From assembly GCF_009914755.1 (NCBI RefSeq), contig NC_060935.1: DNA of 64,000 nucleotides. One strand, given 5' to 3'. The position numbers and the translations under genes are program-made. Below are positions 42,096 through 54,600 of this stretch, in pieces. The stretch comes from the human T2T-CHM13v2.0 reference genome, Homo sapiens. The notes below the pieces were generated by a model. That model searched no databases. It worked only from the letters and a program-made list of their open reading frames with translations, and was not told the origin of the DNA. Positions within the stretch are counted from its first letter, which is position 1; the number at the start of each line of letters is the position of its first letter.

Positions 42096-42622
42096 TTAAG
42101 ACATAGAAAAAAATCATGATACCACATAAAAGATGGTGCACTGAAATGAATAATGTAAGGCCATTTGAGTGACCTGAGAGTTGACAAAACTCAGTGTATG
42201 TAAAAATGCTACAATAAGGAGCTTTACCAATAAATAACATTTTATAATATGCAGCTCGTGATTTAAAAAGTATAAAATTAAATCATTTAACAAGCATATA
42301 TAAAAGCAATTTAGAGGTCTAAAAAGAAAAGTTGCTAATCTCCATCGTGTTCCCCCAAAGATTTTGCCTTATTTTGTTTTCCTCTGAGGAATATGAACAC
42401 CTGTAAATTTAACCAAATAACCAAATATTTTAGTAAGTTAAAAGTCTTTTTTTCTTTTTCCCCAAATACTAAACAGTAAGAAAGCACTGCCTACCTGGGT
42501 TTTTGTTGTTGTCATTGTTGTTGTTTTGTTCTGTTTTATAAATTTAGAAGATATAACCTTAAAACAAACAGCACTCTGGAATTGTAAGTTCATTGAAAAT
42601 ACGTCTTACCTTGTCATAGTGA

Positions 42623-43008
42623 TGTGATGGTTAATACTGAGTGTCACCTTGATTGTATTGAAGGATGCAAAGCATTAGTCCTGGGTGTGTCTATGAGGAT
42701 GTTGCCAAAGGAGATTAACATTTGAGTCAGTGGGCTGGGGAAGGCAGACCCATCCTTAATCTGGATGGGCACCATATAATCAGCTGCCAGTGAATATAAA
42801 GCAGGCAGAAAAATGTGAAAAGGCTAAACTGGCTTAGCCTTTCATGCCTATATTTTTCTCCTGTGCTGGATTCTTCCTGCCTTCAAACAAACATTGCACT
42901 CCAAGCTCTTCAGCTTCGGGACTCTGACTGGCTTCCTTGCTCCTCAGCTTGAAGGTAGCCTATTGTGGGATCTCATGATCATGTGAGTTAATACTACTTA
43001 ATAAACTA
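42623..43008 (+). mobile_element. MLT2A1 LTR (5' LTR of HERV-L), 3' tip missing
   Basis: TGTGATGGTTAATACTGAGTGTCA..GCCAAAGGAGATTAACATTTGAGTCAGTGGGCTGGGGAAGGCAGACCC..GATCATGTGAGTTAATACTACTTAATAAACT. Confidence 0.92.
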
Positions 43009-43045
<37 letters not shown>

Positions 43046-44688
43046 AAATAGTTTATTATATATAGTATATATACAGTAGTTTATTATACAGTAGTACTAT
43101 ATATACACTATATATAGTAGTTTATATATATAACATAAATATATCGTGTATATATACATATATGTATATATGTGTATATATACATATGTGTATATATGTG
43201 TATATATACATATGTGTGTATATGTGTATATATACATATGTGTGTATATGTGTATATATACATATGTGTGTATATGTGTATATATACATATATGTGTGTA
43301 TATGTGTATATATACATATATGTGTGTATATGTGTATATATACATATATGTGTGTATATGTGTATATATACATATATGTGTGTATATGTGTATATATACA
43401 TATATGTGTGTATATGTGTATATATACATATGTGTATATGTGTATATATACATATGTGTATATGTGTATATATACATATGTGTATATATGTGTCTACATA
43501 CGTGTATATATGTGTATATATACATATATGTGTATATATGTATATACATACGTGTATATATGTGTATATATACATACGTGTATATATGTATATATACATA
43601 TACGTGTATATATGTATATATACATATACGTGTATATATGTATATATACATATACGTGTATATATGTATATATACATATACGTGTATATATGTGTATATA
43701 TACATATACGTGCATATATGTGTATATATACATATATGTGTATATATGTGTATATACATATATGTGTATATATGTGTATATATACATACGTGTATATATG
43801 TGTATATACATATATGTGTATATATGTGTATATATGTGTATATATACGTATATGTGTATATATGTGTATATATACGTATATGTGTATATATGTGTATATA
43901 TGTATATACGCATATGTGTATATATGTGTATATATACGTATATGTGTATGTATGTGTATATGTGTATATATACGTATATGTGTATGTATGTGTATATATG
44001 TGTGTATATACATATGTGTATGTATGTGTATATATGTGTATATATACATGTACGTGTATATATGTGTATATATACATATGTGTGTATATATGTGTATATA
44101 TACATATGTGTGTATATATGTGTATATATACATATGTGTGTATATACGTATATATACATATGTGTATGTATGTGTATATACATATATACAAATATGTGTA
44201 TGTATGTGTATATATACATATATGTGTATACATGTGTATATATACATATATGTGTATATATACATATATGTGTTTGCATGTGTATATACATATATGTGTA
44301 TACGTGTGTATATATGTGTGTATATACATACATGTGTGTATGTGTGTATATATACATACGTGTGTATATGTGTATATATGCATACGTGTGTATGTGTATA
44401 TATGCATACGTGTGTGTATATGTGTATATATGCATACGTGTGTGTATGTGTATATATGCATACGTGTGTGTATGTGTATATATGCATACGTGTGTGTATA
44501 TGTGTATATATGCATACGTGTGTGTATGTGTATATATGCATACGTGTGTGTATGTGTATATATGCATACGTGTGTGTATGTGTATAATGCATACGTGTGT
44601 GTATGTGTATATATGCATACGTGTGTGTATGTGTATATATGCATACATGTGTGTGTATGTGTATATATGCATATATGTATATATATAT
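43009..44688. repeat. (CT)13 followed by a ~1.55 kb complex (TA/TG/CA/CG) alternating array with ~22-28 bp higher-order units
   Basis: Seen directly. Units such as TGTGTGTATATGTGTATATATACATA and CGTGTGTGTATGTGTATATATGCATA occur in blocks. Confidence 0.97.
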
Positions 44689-46230
44689 CCTTTCCACCTT
44701 TGTCTGAGGAGATAAACCCTGTGCTTCCTGAGGCAACAGTCATGGCCTCTCTTGAGGCAGTGGCCAGTGGAGATAATGTTGATTCTCCTCAGAAGCCACC
44801 CCCAACACCCCTGTTTGTTTCTAGACCTATAACTAACTAAAGTCCTGGTGGGCCCCCAGAGGTGAGGTTCAGAGTGTGACCCATGAGGAAGTTCCCTACA
44901 CTCAAAAAGAAGTGCTTGAGTTTTTTAATTTATATAAACAGAAATCTGGAGAGCAGGCATGGGAATGGATATTAAGGGTGTGGGAAAATGGTGGAAGGAA
45001 CATAGAGTTGGATCAGGCTGAATTTATTGATTTGGGCCCATTAAGTAGGGATTCTGCACTTAATGGTGCAGCTAGGGGAGTTACAAAAAGGTGTAAATAG
45101 TTTATTTGCTTGGTTAGCTGAAATATGGATTAAAAGATTGCCCATTGTGAGCGAGCTGGAAATTCTTGATCTCCCTTGGGTTAATGTAGAGGAAGGGATC
45201 TCCCTTGGGTTAATGTAGAGGAAGGGAGATTGGGAGAGTGGAGTGGATTAGTCACTTTAGACCTACGCATCCCAGCTGGGAGGGTCCAGAAGATATACCC
45301 TTGACCAATGCTTTGCAAAATAGATTTGTGAGAGTGGCACCTGCATTTTAAAGAGCCCTGTAATTGCTCATCTCTGTATGTCAGGTCTAACAGTGGGAAC
45401 CACAGACATTCAACTACAAAATTTAAATGCAATGGGAATAATTGGATCCCAAGGTGGCAAGGGCCAAGAGGCAGCACTTAACTGTCAAAGGGAAGGTGGG
45501 TGTAGCTACTGTAATGGATGGCAGAGGCAAAGCAGCAATCGGGATAGCTGACTCATGTAGAGCTCTAGCATTGACTAACCACGGTGTTCCTACAAGTGAA
45601 ATTGATAGGAAGCCTACTGCATTTCTACTTAATTCTTCTTAATTTATATCAGCAGAAAACTTCTAGGTAGAATGGACAAAAGACTAATTTGAATTGTAAA
45701 AACAGAGAATCATGGCTCCTCAATCAATTCAGTGACCAGAAAGGCTGCCAGTTTTGAGTGGGGTCCAGAACAGGAAAAGGCTCTGCAACAAATCCAGGCT
45801 GCTGTGCAAGCTGCTCTGCCACTTGGGCCATATGACCCAGCAGGTCCAGTGGTGCTTGAGGTGTCAGTGGAGATAGGGATGCTGTTTGGAGCCCTTTGCA
45901 GGCCCGCATAGGTGAATCACAGTGGAGTGCTCTTGGATTTTGAAGCAAAGCCCTGCCATCTTCTGCAGATAACTACTCTCCTTTTGAGAGACAGCTTTTG
46001 GCTTGTTACTGGGCTTTCATGGAAACTGAACGTTTGACTATGGTTCATCAAGTCACCATGTGACCTGAACTGCCTCTCATGAACTGGGTGCTTTCTGACC
46101 CATCTAATCATAAAGTGGATCATGCACAGCATCACTCCATCATCAAACGGAAGTGGTATATACATGACCGGGCTGGAGAAGGTCCTGAAGGTACAAGTAA
46201 GTTACATGCAGAAGTGGTTCAAATGTCCGT
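44689..46230 (+). mobile_element. HERV-L internal fragments: gag (to ~45730) joined to late pol; no 3' LTR
   Basis: Gag-like translation (LYKQKSGEQAWEWILRVWENGGRNIELDQAEFIDLGPLSRDS). It then jumps to the pol segment GTGACCAGAAAGGCTGCCAGTTTTGAGTGGGGTCCAGAACAGG. Stops and frameshifts are present. Confidence 0.9.
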
Positions 46231-46973
46231 GCAGGGAACTTAAAAAAAACTGGCATGTAGTAAGTATGCAATAGATACAGATGATTTTTATGAAAACAAT
46301 GCATTTGCAACCATGTTTTCAGAAAGAGTTAGATACATATCTGGTGCTATGTAGGAGCCTAATAATATGTAATTACCTCTTCATGAAATAGTGATTCACT
46401 AAGCATGAGCCAAGGAGGGAAGGCAAAGGGCGATTTATAAGGATAAAGACTTTGGTCAGAATCTAACTGTGTGTGTAGGTCAGCCTCTAGAAATAAAAAG
46501 CAAAAAATGGAGGAAGATCTTTGATGAGAATGATACGCCTAGCATAGTAAGAGATTTTTGTTACAGTTAAGCTCCTGCTAGGATAAGTTGGATTTCTAGG
46601 GTTTGTATTTCTCAGATAGTCACAGAGAATGATTTCTACCATTCTATAACATAGAGAATAAAGCCTTAGGTGAGCAAATAGGTCAACCACTTTCTAAGTA
46701 TTAAGATTTCTAATAATCTTAAAAGTATAAAGAGTGGGTGCAGTGTGCTGATGCCTGGTAAGTATTCTCATCATTATGTTGTCCTACATCAATGTAGTAA
46801 GATATCCCACAGTCTATCTTGAAATTTTTATGAATGCATTCTGTACAATTATCTCAAAGAAAGACAAAATCCCCACATTTTGTATATTCATTTCAAAGCA
46901 TATGCAATACTCGGCAGCAACTGGTAGGAAGCAATTACTAGAATGGAAATAACAAAAAAATAGCTAAAAAGCT

Positions 46974-47097
46974 CTAGGTGCAGTGGTGTGCACTTGTATT
47001 CCCAGCTACTTGGGAAGCTAAGGTGAGAGAATCCCTTGAGACCAGAAGTTTGAGGCCAGCTGGGCAGCATAGCCAGACTCCACCTCATTTTTAAAAA
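46974..47097 (+). mobile_element. FLAM (free left Alu monomer)
   Basis: CTAGGTGCAGTGGTGTGCACTTGTATTCCCAGCTACTTGGGAAGC..GAAGTTTGAGGCCAGC..AGACTCCACCTC; single arm. Confidence 0.85.
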
Positions 47098-47314
47098 GCA
47101 TAAAGATGAAACTATTTAGAAAATATTTATTATAAAATACGGCCAAATTATATAAATTTATTTAATTTATATTTCTTTTAAAAGCAGACCAAATTTCTGG
47201 AAGATGTTGAGAAAATGGTCTGACCTAGAAGGTAGTGGGAAGTAGACAGTTGAGGGGCTTTGGGAAGATAAAACACAACAAATAATTGAGAAAAATCCAG
47301 CTATTTATCATGAG

Positions 47315-47930
47315 ATGGAGTAGTATCACAGAATAGCACAAGTTAGTATCACAGTAGTATCACAGAATAGCACAAGTCAGATAACTCTAGGTGTAAATTC
47401 TGGGTAACATTAGGTAAATTACTTCAGCTTTCTGATCTGTGGTTTCTTTGTCTGTAAAATGTAAATTTTTGCATATGTTATATATATGTATGTATAAAAT
47501 ACATTTATATATTCATATGTAATATTTATACATATAAATATGTTTATACATATAACTTGTATATTATACATAATATTCATTTTTATATAAATATAAATAA
47601 TATATAATATAGATTTATATGTAAATATAAATATTAAATAACTATATATAAATATAAGTATTTCATGTATATTTTTATATCAAGATGCAAAAATATATAT
47701 GAATATATATCTTGATATATTTTTATATCAAGATATAAAAATATATATATATTTTATACATGTATAAATGTATACATGTATATAATGTATTTTATACATA
47801 CAAATATATACATAAATATACCTATTCATCTATATAAATGTCTTCAGAGAGTAGATATATGATGAAATGGTTTATGTATATATACAGTACTGAGCCCAGT
47901 GCCTGAAACAGTATGCCTTAAATACATTAA
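47315..47930 (+). mobile_element. MIR split by a (TA)-rich expansion
   Basis: 5' part TTAGGTAAATTACTTCAGCTTTCTGATCTGTGGTTTC..TCTGTAAAATG; 3' part GTACTGAGCCCAGTGCCTGAAACAGTATGC. Confidence 0.7.
47470..47840. repeat. AT-rich (TA)n-like low-complexity tract
   Basis: Seen directly. Confidence 0.9.
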
Positions 47931-49504
47931 TTTCTTTCATCCCCTTTAAGTACTTTAGACACTAAAATAGTAAATCAAGGCAAAGAAAAATTCAATTAAC
48001 TGGGAGCGGGAAAACACCAATCTCTCTCTGGTCTCAAGAGTGCATCTCATCTTGAGTCTGTCATGCCCCCACCTGGACACCATGAAGCAGCTATGCACTG
48101 CTATGCTGATATTGGGAAAAGAGGCACTAGTTTCTGCAGAGTTTGGCTGTGAAACTCATATGCCAGCTCGAGCTGCTGCTGTCTCTGTCTGCAATGGTGG
48201 GACAGTAGGAAGTCTTTTTTCCCTACCTGGGATTTTTGCACGTATTTATTATAGGAAAAAATTCTCCTTCCTAAAGTTTTCTTATTTGTTTTAACTTTCG
48301 TTGCTACATTTCCATAATGTTGGATAATCACAAAGCACATAAAAACATTTTTATGTACAGCCAAATATATATGGTAATCTCATTGAGTGACATTTGCACG
48401 GCAGCACTGCACTGGTGTTGATAAATAATACATCATATTACATTTTATATATTGAGGCAGTGGAATTAGAAATGGAGAAACAAAAAGCTATATTCAGTTA
48501 TTTCCATTCTAGTCATTGCTTCCTACCATGTGCTGCTGAGTGTTGCATAGGTTTTAAAATGAATACACAAAATGTAGGGATTTTGTCTTTCTTTGAGATG
48601 ATTGTACAAAATGTATTCATAAAAATTTTAAGATAGACTGTGGGATATATCTTAATACATTGTTGTAGGACAATATAATGATGAGAATACTTACCAGGCA
48701 GCAGCACATCTGCTTATCCTCAGCCATGAGTGGCAGATTGATAGCAAACGTGTCATCACTTTTCATTCCAGCAACTATGGCAGCATCACTAATTGACCAT
48801 GACATGCTTTTAGACTGAATCCAGAGGCAGCTGGAGTGAGGGGAAGAATGCCTTCTTAATACAGTGCCCATGCAGTCTCTACCAAATACACTGACAAAGT
48901 CAAACTTCTTTACTATATCTCACCCACAAATCTGGAGGATGTGAAGCAGTGCAGAGGCCTGCAGTAGTGACGAAGGTCAGGCACCAATGGATCCACACTG
49001 AGAATTTCCTCAGTGTCAAGAGTAGACATACATTTAAAATCCATAAAACTAATATTTATATCTGCTCATTTTGAGACATTGTAATCAATTTTCCAATATT
49101 ATCTAATTTCGTTAGTAGCTTTATTGAGTGCCTACATTATTAGATGTGCCAATAGAATACCTGCCAATATACTTGACAATAAACCTCCAAATTCGGTTTA
49201 TTTCTGCATTAAATTATTCAGTGGGAATAACTTCCTGTTTGGGATGCCATCCTCAGGTGGCTGAGATCTTAATGTGTTGATACATCTACCTAAATTTGTA
49301 GCAGAGTAAATTAGCTTGTGTTTAATTCAACTCCTACACCTGATTATTACATTCGTTTATACTGTAGAGTCTAGAAAGACTTAAACATGCAATATCGGTA
49401 GAGGTTTTAGGATGGGGTTGATAAAAGGTAAAGATTGATATCAACACTTGAGCAAAGTAAATAATTTTAATTTTGCTCTAAACACATTACAAATACATCC
49501 CTTA

Positions 49505-49685
49505 AAAAAAGGCAAAATAAGGCTTTACAGACCTCAATTGTATACAGTTTGGGGAACATGTTTAAGAAAATGAATACAACATTACAAAAATATAATTATA
49601 GCAGGACCTTGAAAGAGAGGAAGGATATGCAAATAAAGAAACCAAAAGCTTCTGCATCACTAGCTTTATGATAAATCTGTCTTTG
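49505..49685 (+). mobile_element. MER53 (hAT) DNA transposon
   Basis: TATACAGTTTGGGG..TTTAAGAAAATGAATACAACATTAC..GACCTTGAAAG..AAGCTT..CTAGCTTTATGATAAATCTGTCTTTG follows the recalled MER53 consensus. Confidence 0.7.
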
Positions 49686-49804
49686 ATTCTAGCAAACTAG
49701 AAACACAAATTGTAACTTGCATATACATGTATAATAGAATGAGACATCGAGCAAATTGTTAAGAATGTTCCCACATTTTAACAAAGAGTAGATAGAAACA
49801 TTTC

Positions 49805-50905
49805 TGTAGGGCTAATGGAGAAGAGGCAAAATTTACTCCCTGGAAAACACGCACTTTCCACATAAAATAGTAAAATAGAGGGGTTTTACCAAAACATTTT
49901 CTGGAAGATAATACATGAAAGACTGGGGCTTTGTGCACTTTCCTCCCTTTCCTGTTAATAAAGGGATGTGCTTTTCTTTGTCTCAGGCTAAGTGACTAGG
50001 GCCAAAAGAAAAACACTCACATACCAGGGAGACTATGACTGAAGAAATTACTAAGACTGCTTCTCCTGTAGCTAAGTACAAGAAAATTCTTGAGGGCACA
50101 CATAAGAATGCTTCCTTCTTACCTAAAAATGCCTAAGAAAATTAAAGCTAATTGTCACATCTGATGATGAGAGAGAAAAGAGAGAGTGCAACAGGAGAAA
50201 TGTCTGCCCTTGTAGATTTTGGAAGGACCAGCATGGTGTGTGTGTGCATCTTACCCCTGTAGGCTCAATAAATAATATTGAGTCATATTGAAAGGAACCT
50301 AGGCATTGGGGTGAGGAAAACTTGGGAGAAAAGGAGAGTGGGCATTTGAATGAGATCAGCCATAGAGTGCATCACCCATGTCAGAATGGTGGAGGATGAA
50401 GGCTACTGAGTAGCCTCCAAGAATCCTCCGATATATATCTATCAAATACCCAACATTTGAATCTTTGACTCACCAATCAGTAGAAGATTATCAGCAACAT
50501 TAACTAAGCAAACATATTTTGCTCATTTTTTTCTTGTCCTTTTCTCTCCTCTCCCTTCTCTGGCAAAGAGTTGAGTGGAGAGAGATCATGCTAAAATTCT
50601 TCTTTCCCTTTGCTGGTTTCCAAGCATTTGGTCAATTTGAACTGAAATAGGGGAAAAAATGTTTGAATTGTATGAGAGATCAGTGTTGATTTGGATTATA
50701 CTAGACTTTTTAATGCTGAAAAGTGGCACTCTTCTAATACCCAGAATTTAGGGAAAAGCAATTTATCTGCCAAAGATACCGTCTAGAGAAAGGGAAAGGA
50801 GATTTCACAGAGTATAATTGAAGCTCCAGATGGTAAAAAAACAAAATTGTTTTCTGACTGTATCTTATTTACCAAGTTCAGTGTGTTTACTAAACCTGTG
50901 GACAT
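49805..50905 (+). mobile_element. ancient LTR, LTR78-like
   Basis: TGT..ACA ends. The 3' part ATCTGCCAAAGAT..GGGAAAGGAGATTTCACAGA..TTGAAG..AAAATTGTTTTCTGA resembles LTR78-type elements. Very diverged. Confidence 0.45.
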
Positions 50906-51664
50906 CTCATATTTACTTTTATAAAATGTTTTTGCCATATAGCAATCAATTGCATCCACTTTTCTTCTCCAATGGAGCTGTGCTGTGTTGTTATATTGTT
51001 ATGATGAAAACTCATTATATAAATGCAGCCATATGAGAGGTGCTATTGAAACCAAAATATATGAACTTTTAAAGATTTTTGTTTTTTATTACTATGTGGA
51101 ACAAACTCTCTAAAAAGCCCTCCAGTAAGGAATTGAAGAAGTACACTTGTTCTATAGTACATTAAGAAAGGAATAAATTTGCTTATGACACTTTCCTTTC
51201 CTCACTTTGGCTAGTTTAAAGTTTTTCAATTTCACTGGAATTACATTGCTGTGAGACTCCAGATATTACAAGCATACTACAGGGTAATCTTATTATTCAT
51301 AGAAGGTTGTGAGGGAAGGGTTTATATTAACAAAAAAAATTGTTTCATGACAAAGATTCAAAAAACATGTCAAATTTGCTATCGTTTATTGCTCTTGTAT
51401 GTGAGAATCACTATAGAAATGTAAAATGTGACCTTATATCAGTTGATATCTCTAATTCTTCACTAGTTCAAGACATTTAGTTACTCAACATTATTTTTTT
51501 AGTTTTCTACGAGATTAAACTTTAAAAAAATAAAATTTATTTTAGTAACAATCAATCACTCTTCAGGGTCAGAAATTTTGTGTATAGTTAAATATTGCCA
51601 GGGGAGACATTTTATCAATAACAATTAAAACAAACAAACAAAAAAACCTTACCAGCAGCAACAG

Positions 51665-51674
51665 CAAGATGGCC
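51665..51674 (+). promoter_or_regulatory. YY1 site of the L1 5'UTR internal promoter
   Basis: CAAGATGGCC is intact at the canonical position near the L1 5' end. Activity not shown. Confidence 0.6.
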
Positions 51675-54600
51675 AAATAGGAACAGCTCCTGTATGCACC
51701 TCCCAATGAGATCAATGCAGAAGGTGGGTTATTTCTGCATATCCAACTGAGGTACCCAGCTCATCTCATTGGGACTGGTTAGACAGTGGGTGCAGCTGAT
51801 GGAGAGCAAGCTGAAGCAGGGTTGGCCATCACCTCACCAGGGAAATACAAGGGGTCAGGGAACCCTCTCCCCTAGCCAATGGAAGCCATGAGGGACTGTG
51901 TCGTGAGGAATGGTGCACTCCAGCCCAGATACTATGCTTTTCCCACAGTCTTCGCCACTGGCAGACCAGAGATTCCCTCTGGTGACTACACCACCAGGGC
52001 CCTGTGTTTCAAGCATAAAACTGGGTGGTTGTTTGGGCAGTCACCGAGCTAGCTGCAGGAGTTTTTTTTCCTATCCCAGTGGCGCCTGGAATGCCAGCGA
52101 GACAGAACCATTCACTCCTCTGGAAAGGGGGCTGAAGACAGGGAGCCAAGTGGTCTAGCTCAGTAAATACCACCCCCACAGAGCCCAGAAAGCTAAGATC
52201 CACTGACTTGAAATTCTCACTGCCAGCACAACAATCTGAAGTCAACCTGGGATGCTTGAGCTTGGTGGCAGGAGGGGCGCCCACCATTACTGAGGCTTGA
52301 GTAGGCAGTTTTCCCCTCACAGTGTAAACAAAGCAGTGTGGTAATTCAAACTGGGCGGAGCCCACCACAGCTCAACAAAGCCACTGTAGCCAGACTGCCT
52401 CTCTAGATTCCTCCTCTCTGAGCAGGGCATCTCTGAAAGAAAGGCAGCTGCCCCAGTCAGGTGCTTATAGGTAAAACTTCCCCTGGAACAGAGCACCTGG
52501 GGGAAGGAGTGGTTATGGGTGCAGCTTCAGCAGACTTAAACGTTCCTGCCTGCTGGGTCTGAAGAGAGCAGCAAATCTCCCAGCACAGCACTTGAGCTCT
52601 GCTAAGGGACAGACTACCTCTTCAGATGTGTTCCTGACCCTCATGCTCCTGACTGGGAAACACCTCCCAATAGGGGTTGACAGACACCTCATACAGGAGA
52701 GCTCCAGCTGGCATATGGCAGGTTCCCTTCTGGGACAAAGCTTGCCAGAGGAAGGAACAAGCAGCAATCTTTGCTGTTCTGCAGCCTCTGCTGGTGATAC
52801 CCAGGCAAACAGGGTTAGGTTTGAACCTCCAGGAATCTCCTGCAGACCTGCAGCAAAGGGGCCTGACTGTTAGAAGAATGAACAGAAAGGAATAGCATCC
52901 ACATCAACAAAAAAAGATGTCCACACAAAAACCCCATCCAAAGGTCACCAACATCAAAGAACAAAGGTAGATAAATCCATGAAGATTAGGAAAAACCAGC
53001 ACAAAAAGGCTGAAAATTCCATAACCCAGAACACTTCTTCTCCTCCAAAAGATTACAACTCCTCACCAGCAAGGGAACAAAACTGGTTGGAGAATGAGTT
53101 TGACAAATTGACAGAAGTAGGCTTCAGAAGGTAGGTAATAGCAAAGTCCTCTGAGCTAAAGGAGTGTGTTCTAACCCAATGCAAGGAAGCTAAAAACCTT
53201 GAAAATAGGTTAGACAAATTGCTAACTAGAATAACCAGTTTAGAGAAGAACATAAATGACCTGACGGCGCTGAAAAAGACAGGACAAGAACTTTGTGAAG
53301 CATACACAAGTATCAATAGCTGAATTGATCAAGCAGAAGAAGGGATATCATAGATTGAAGATCAACTTAATGAAATAAAGCATGTAGACATGATTAGGGA
53401 AAAAAGAATGAAAAAGAATGAACAAAGCCTCCAAGAAATATAGGACTATGTGAAAAGACCAAACCTACATTTGATTGGTGTACCTGAAAGTGACAGGGAC
53501 AATGGAACCAAGTTGGAAAACACTCTTCAGGATACTATCCAGGAGAACTTCCCCAACCTATTAAGACAGGCCAACATTCAAATTCAGGAAATACAGAGAA
53601 CACTGCAAATATACTCCTTGAGAAGAGCAACCTCAAGACACATAATCATCAGATTCACCAAGGTTGAAAGAAAAAATGTTAAGTGCAGCCAGAGAGAAAG
53701 GTCGGGTTACCCCCAAAAAGAAGCCCATCAGACTAAAAGAGGATCAATCTGCAGAAACCCTATAAGCCAGAAGACAGTAGGGCCCAACATTCAACATTCT
53801 TAAAAGAATTTTCAACCCAGAATTTTATATCCAGCCAAACTAAACTTCATAAGCAAATGAGAAATAAAATCCTTTACAGACAAGCAAATGCTGAGAGATT
53901 TTTGTCACCACCAGGTTTGCCTTATAAGAACTCCTGACTAAAGCACTAAATATGGAAAAGAAAAAATGGTACCAGCCACTGGAAAAAACATACCAAATTG
54001 TAAAGACCACTGACACTATGAAGTAACTGTATCAACTAATGGGCAAAATAACCAGCTAGCATCATAATGACGAGATCAAATTCACATATAACAATATTAA
54101 CTTTAAATATAAATGGGCTAAATGCCCCAATTAAAAAACACAGACCAGCAAACTGGATAGAGTCAAGACCTATCGGTGTGCTGTATTCAGGAGACCCATC
54201 TCACATGCAAAGACACACATAGGCTCAAAATAAAGCAAAGGAGGAAGATTCACCAAGCAAATGGAAAGCCAAAGAAAAAAAAAAGAAAAAAAAAGCAGAG
54301 GTTGCAATCCTGGTCTCTGATAAAAACAGACTTTAAAGCAACAAAGATCAAAAGAGACAAAGAAGGGCATTACATAATGATAAAGAGATGAAGGCAACAA
54401 GGAGAGCTAACTATTCTAAATGTATATGCACCCAATACAGAAGCACCCAGATTCACAAAGCAAGTCCTTGGAGACCTACAAAGAGACTTAGACTCCCACA
54501 CAGTAATAGTGGGAGATTTTAACATCCCACTGTCAAAGAAGCTCACTCAAAACTTCACAACTACATGGAAACTGAACAACCTGCTCCTGAATAACTTCTG

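Noticed and set aside
43146-44688. CRISPR-like or coding repeat array
   Set aside because: There are no unique spacers; the units are variants of dinucleotide repeats in primate DNA.
43097-44840. Six overlapping 392-564 aa ORFs rich in Y/I/H/T or Y/V/C/M
   Set aside because: All stop codons (TAA, TAG, TGA) need two adjacent purines, which an alternating RY array lacks. Long ORFs in every frame are therefore a mathematical artefact.
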